From Alphaproteobacteria bacterium (GTDB taxonomy: Bacteria > Pseudomonadota > Alphaproteobacteria > SP197), in contig OZ245842.1 of NCBI GenBank assembly GCA_965228895.1, positions 4,544,001-4,608,000 on the forward strand: a stretch of 64,000 nt of DNA, given 5' to 3'. Positions 60,143 through 64,000 of the stretch are shown here, one piece after another. Each line of letters begins with the position of its first letter. The stretch's first letter is position 1. The notes under the pieces are model-generated. The model saw only the letters and a program-made list of their open reading frames with translations. It was not told where the DNA came from and did no database searches. A program made the position numbers and the translations under genes.

Positions 60143-61393
60143 ATGGACGAACTGCGTCAAAGCCTTGCCGATCAGATCGATCACGACGGTGAGAACCTCG
60201 TCGGTTTTCTCGCCGACTTCGTGCGCGCCAAAAGCCCGAACCCGCCCGGCGACACGCGTGACGCCGCCGGCGTGCTCACACGATTTCTGGAAGCGGCAGG
60301 CATCGACTATGAGGTCATCGCGCCGCAGCCGGACATGCCGAACATCGTCGCCAGTTTCGAGGGCGGCGCGGGGCCCGGCCGGCATCTGGTGCTGAACGGC
60401 CATATCGATGTCTTCCCGGTCGAAGATGCCAGCGTGTGGGCGCGCGATCCCTGGTCGGGCGATATCGATGACGGCCGGATCTGGGGCCGGGGCGTTATCG
60501 ACATGAAATGCGGCACCGCCGCCATCACCCGCACGTTCGCTTACCTGCACGATGTCGCCGATCAACTGAAAGGCCGGCTGACCCTGACCTGCGTATCCGA
60601 TGAAGAGACCGTCGGTCCCTGGGGCGCGCGCTGGCTGGTCGACAACCACCGCGAAGCCGTGCTGGGCGATTGTCTACTGTCGGCCGAGGCGACGGGACCG
60701 CACGCCATCTACTTCGCCGAGCGCGGTGTCTTCTGGCTGACCATCACGATCAAGACGCCCGGCAACCATGGCGCCTATGGCCATACGACCCCCAGCGCCA
60801 GCCGTCTCGGCGCCGACCTGATCCGCGACCTCGCCGAAATCGAGACGATCGAGGGCGCGCTCTCCGACAACGTCGCTGCGATCCTGGACCGCGCCCAGGC
60901 AAGCATCGATGTCAGCCACGGCGCGGGCGCGTCGGATATCCTGAACAAGGTGACGCTCAACGTCGCCCAGGTGAACGCCGGCGTTAAGAACAACATGATC
61001 CCCGCGCGCTGCGAGATCGTTCTCGACGTGCGCCTGCCGATCGGTCTGACCAAGGCCGATGTCATGCCGGCGATCGAGGCGATCGTCGCGCGCTATCCCG
61101 ACGCCAGCATCGACCATGGCGAGACGCTTGATCCCAACTGGTGCGACCCCGACCATCCGCTGGTTGCGATCCTGCGGAAGAACGCGCAAGCGCTGACCGG
61201 CATCCGGCCCGACCCCATCGTCTGCCTGGGTATGACCGACGCGCGCCTGTGGCGTTACGCGGGCGTGCCGGCGTTTACCTATGGCTCGACGACCGAGGGC
61301 ACGGCGGGCATCGATGAGAACGTGACGATTGATGATTACCTGCATGTGGTGAAGGCGCATACGTTGTCAGCCTTCGACTACCTGACCTCGTGA
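60143..61393 (+). CDS. ArgE/DapE family M20 deacylase
   Basis: LNGHIDV, GRGVIDMK, DEE. Confidence 0.88.
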   Translation: MDELRQSLADQIDHDGENLVGFLADFVRAKSPNPPGDTRDAAGVLTRFLEAAGIDYEVIAPQPDMPNIVASFEGGAGPGRHLVLNGHIDVFPVEDASVWARDPWSGDIDDGRIWGRGVIDMKCGTAAITRTFAYLHDVADQLKGRLTLTCVSDEETVGPWGARWLVDNHREAVLGDCLLSAEATGPHAIYFAERGVFWLTITIKTPGNHGAYGHTTPSASRLGADLIRDLAEIETIEGALSDNVAAILDRAQASIDVSHGAGASDILNKVTLNVAQVNAGVKNNMIPARCEIVLDVRLPIGLTKADVMPAIEAIVARYPDASIDHGETLDPNWCDPDHPLVAILRKNAQALTGIRPDPIVCLGMTDARLWRYAGVPAFTYGSTTEGTAGIDENVTIDDYLHVVKAHTLSAFDYLTS

Positions 61394-61468
61394 CGTTTGC
61401 GCCGTTGACAAAACCCAAAAATTTGAGGTCATAGTCCTGTCGCGCTTCACACAAAAAGGATTCGCGAC

Positions 61469-62359
61469 ATGACGACAACACCGACGATCAACACCCTGCA
61501 CAGCGCGACGACCGACCCCGGCCGGCACGCGCCTCTGCTTGCTGCTTTGTCCGACGATCCGGCAAACATGCCCGAAATCGTTTCCGGCTTTGTGCTGCAT
61601 CCCTGGCTGGCCGGCCAGCGCGACGTCACCATGACGGCCGAGCACGATGCCGACCGTCAAAGCCGTACGATGTCGGTGTTGCTCGATCGCTTGTTGGCGC
61701 GCGACGATCGGCCGCTGAATCAACGCCGGGCAGCAGGTGACCGGTTCTTTGGCACCTGCCGCGACTACGCCCTCGTGACATGTTCGATCCTGCGTGAACA
61801 CGGCCACAACGCGCGGATACGCTGCGGTTTTGCTGACTACTTCACACCCGGCTTTCAGGAAGACCACTGGGTTGCCGAAGTGTGGACCTTCGACGGCTGG
61901 CGGCTGGTCGACGCCGAGCTCGACGCGGTGACCGCGGCGGATATGGGCACAACGTTTCCAGCCGACGACGTGCCACGCGATCGTTTCCTGACCGCGCCAC
62001 AGGCGTGGCGCGATGCGCGCGCCAGCAAACTCGATCCCGACAAAATGGGCGTCTCGTTCATCGGTATGTCCGGCCTTTGGTTCGCCGCCGCCAGCGTGTG
62101 CCGCGATCTCTCGTCGCTTTATGGCGTCGAACTCTTGCCGTGGGATTATTGGGATGAAGCGGAGCGGTTCATGCTCGACCCGAGGTTCCTGGACACGCAT
62201 CTCCACAAGCTTGATGCGCTTGCCGATGCCGCCTTAGCCGCCGCGGCAACGCCATGGATGCCGCCGAACGAGACCCTGTGGCCGACATGGCTGTCATGGC
62301 CGAGAACCGTGTCGAGCTACCGCGGCGACCAGACGGTAAAGGTCGACCTGCCGATCTGA
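61469..62359 (+). CDS. Transglutaminase-like domain protein
   Basis: GTCRD, ARIRCGFA, DHWVAEVW..W.LVD Cys-His-Asp triad. Confidence 0.85.
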   Translation: MTTTPTINTLHSATTDPGRHAPLLAALSDDPANMPEIVSGFVLHPWLAGQRDVTMTAEHDADRQSRTMSVLLDRLLARDDRPLNQRRAAGDRFFGTCRDYALVTCSILREHGHNARIRCGFADYFTPGFQEDHWVAEVWTFDGWRLVDAELDAVTAADMGTTFPADDVPRDRFLTAPQAWRDARASKLDPDKMGVSFIGMSGLWFAAASVCRDLSSLYGVELLPWDYWDEAERFMLDPRFLDTHLHKLDALADAALAAAATPWMPPNETLWPTWLSWPRTVSSYRGDQTVKVDLPI

Positions 62360-62363
62360 TCGG

Positions 62364-63257
62364 TCAGCCGCCGATCTGACCGCCCTGTGCAGACCACCAG
62401 TCTGACCAGGCATCGTGGTCTTTGCCGAAGTTCTGGCCGGTGATCTCTCGAAGCGACCAGGACGAGAACCAGCGGACGTCGTCGGAGGGATCCTTCAAAG
62501 CTTCGATCAAGGCATCGATCGCGTTCTGGTCACCCAATCGGCCCAACGACCACGCGGCCTCGCGCCGGACCCTTTCGCTGTCATCGAGTTCCAGCACATC
62601 GATGAGTTCCGGCACCACAGCGGAATCGCCGAGATCACCGAGCAGGCTTGCAATCTCGGCACGCACCGACACGTCGGCGACATGCACGCTGGGAACGACG
62701 GATTCAACACCCCAGGCCGAGACCATGACTTCGGCAAGTGCCCTGGCAAAACCGTTGGGCCGCTCGAACGCATCGTTGAACGGTGCGTTCTGTGGTTTGT
62801 CATAGCCAAGGTTGACGGTCGCCAGAGAGAACGGCATCGGCGTAACGTTCTGGAATTCCTGATAGTAGGAATTGCCGCCCGGGTCCTTCAACAGAACTGC
62901 GCCATTGATCGACGCACCGGTATAAAGATAGGTGCCTTCGACCTCGAAATAGGTTCGGCCCAACGCCCGGCCCTCAAGCCAGATTTCGATGGTGTAGGCG
63001 GCTGCGTCCCCGGCGTCACTGTCGGCAAGATCGAAACCCGCCTCGAAAACCATGTCCTCGGCGGTTTCAAGAACTGGCAACTCAAAGTTCTCGAGCTGAT
63101 GGAAACCCTGCTCGGGCGGGATGCGGTAGTCATAGGACTGGTTGATCACGAGCAACACGTCGTTGGCACGCGCGTTCGCGGTCAGGATGACCAACAAGAC
63201 GATGCCCACGATCGCTGCCGCGCTGCCTGCGCGGCACAATCCACATACCGGCTTCAT
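62364..63257 (-). CDS. Exported HEAT/PBS-lyase repeat protein
   Basis: Signal peptide; VRREAAWSLGRLGD..AIDALIEALKD. Confidence 0.8.
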   Translation of the reverse strand: MKPVCGLCRAGSAAAIVGIVLLVILTANARANDVLLVINQSYDYRIPPEQGFHQLENFELPVLETAEDMVFEAGFDLADSDAGDAAAYTIEIWLEGRALGRTYFEVEGTYLYTGASINGAVLLKDPGGNSYYQEFQNVTPMPFSLATVNLGYDKPQNAPFNDAFERPNGFARALAEVMVSAWGVESVVPSVHVADVSVRAEIASLLGDLGDSAVVPELIDVLELDDSERVRREAAWSLGRLGDQNAIDALIEALKDPSDDVRWFSSWSLREITGQNFGKDHDAWSDWWSAQGGQIGG

Positions 63258-63315
63258 GCCATAAGAATACTGCAGAAATCGGCGGGTTTGTATCGCCAGG
63301 CGTAACGTGCCTCAA

Positions 63316-63999
63316 TCAGCCTTCGGCGGCGACATCCCGGCTGGCCCACCATTGCGTCCACGTTTCATAATCGGGACCGAAATTTTCACCGGTGAGAGCG
63401 CGCAGCGACCACGACGAAAACCATCGGACGTCGTCCGAACTATCCTGCAATGCCTCGATCAGGGACGGAATTGCCTGTTCGTCACCCAGGCGACCGAGTG
63501 ACCATGCGGCTTCCCAGCGTGCCCGTTCGTCGTCGTCATAGGTCAGGACCTCGATCAGGTTCGGGGTCACCGACGGATCGCCGACATCGCCGAGATACTT
63601 TGCGACACTGGAGCGGATCACCGGCTCGTGCTCATAGAGTGACGGCACAAGCGCCTCCATGCCCCAGGTCTGATGGAAGACGCGCGCCAGGGAATCAACC
63701 AGACCGCCAGACTGTTCAAGCGTCTTGATGAACGGAGCGTTGCGCGGGTCCTCGTAACCCAGATTAATCGTCAGTTCGAACAGCCGCTGTGTTTCGCTCA
63801 AGAAGTTCGAGCGGACCATTTCTCCGCCGCCTGATGTCAGCTTGACCGTACCGTCCAACTGCGCACCGGTATAGAGATACGCCTTGACCGGTTCGAAATA
63901 GCTGCTGCCCAGCGCGCGTCCACGGATCGTGATCTCCAGCCGCGCGTCATAGGGGCCGTCATCATCGGAGTAGGCAACGTCCATCCCGGCGGCGAACAA
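63316..63999 (-). CDS. HEAT-repeat protein, tandem paralog; 5' end lies outside the window
   Basis: Shares GRALG.SYF, YLYTGA, NLGY..P.NAPF and DDVRWFSSWSLR with the downstream gene. Confidence 0.8.
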   Translation of the reverse strand: MFAAGMDVAYSDDDGPYDARLEITIRGRALGSSYFEPVKAYLYTGAQLDGTVKLTSGGGEMVRSNFLSETQRLFELTINLGYEDPRNAPFIKTLEQSGGLVDSLARVFHQTWGMEALVPSLYEHEPVIRSSVAKYLGDVGDPSVTPNLIEVLTYDDDERARWEAAWSLGRLGDEQAIPSLIEALQDSSDDVRWFSSWSLRALTGENFGPDYETWTQWWASRDVAAEG

Positions 64000-64000
64000 C

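Overview
GC-rich alphaproteobacterial chromosome segment (Rhodospirillales-like, inferred from gene content) with about 62 CDS and one tRNA-Arg(CCT). No CRISPR array, integrase, transposase or prophage is visible. In order: a CntA-like Rieske oxygenase and small catabolic genes; two tandem DAACS-symporter/SBP3 fusion genes; a BTAD-TPR regulator; bioY and tRNA-Arg; a tungsten-type aldehyde:ferredoxin oxidoreductase cluster; TorT/TorS/TorR lying divergently from a TmoXWV-type TMAO ABC importer, with tor-box-like repeats between them; a complete RpoE-ChrR singlet-oxygen/furan-fatty-acid locus with three matching sigmaE promoters; a guanidine-hydrolase-like ureohydrolase carrying a His-rich insert, with hydrolase neighbours; a lone HTH/coiled-coil gene under a perfect AT-rich palindrome; nadR; an NrtS-like gene missed by the ORF track; the helicase-hslR-terB-fdxA-carD region; htpG; an Hc1 histone-H1-like small protein; several hydrolases; and tandem secreted HEAT-repeat proteins. 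Three types of intergenic palindromic repeat also occur. All family calls come from motif recognition and memory of the families, not from database searches.
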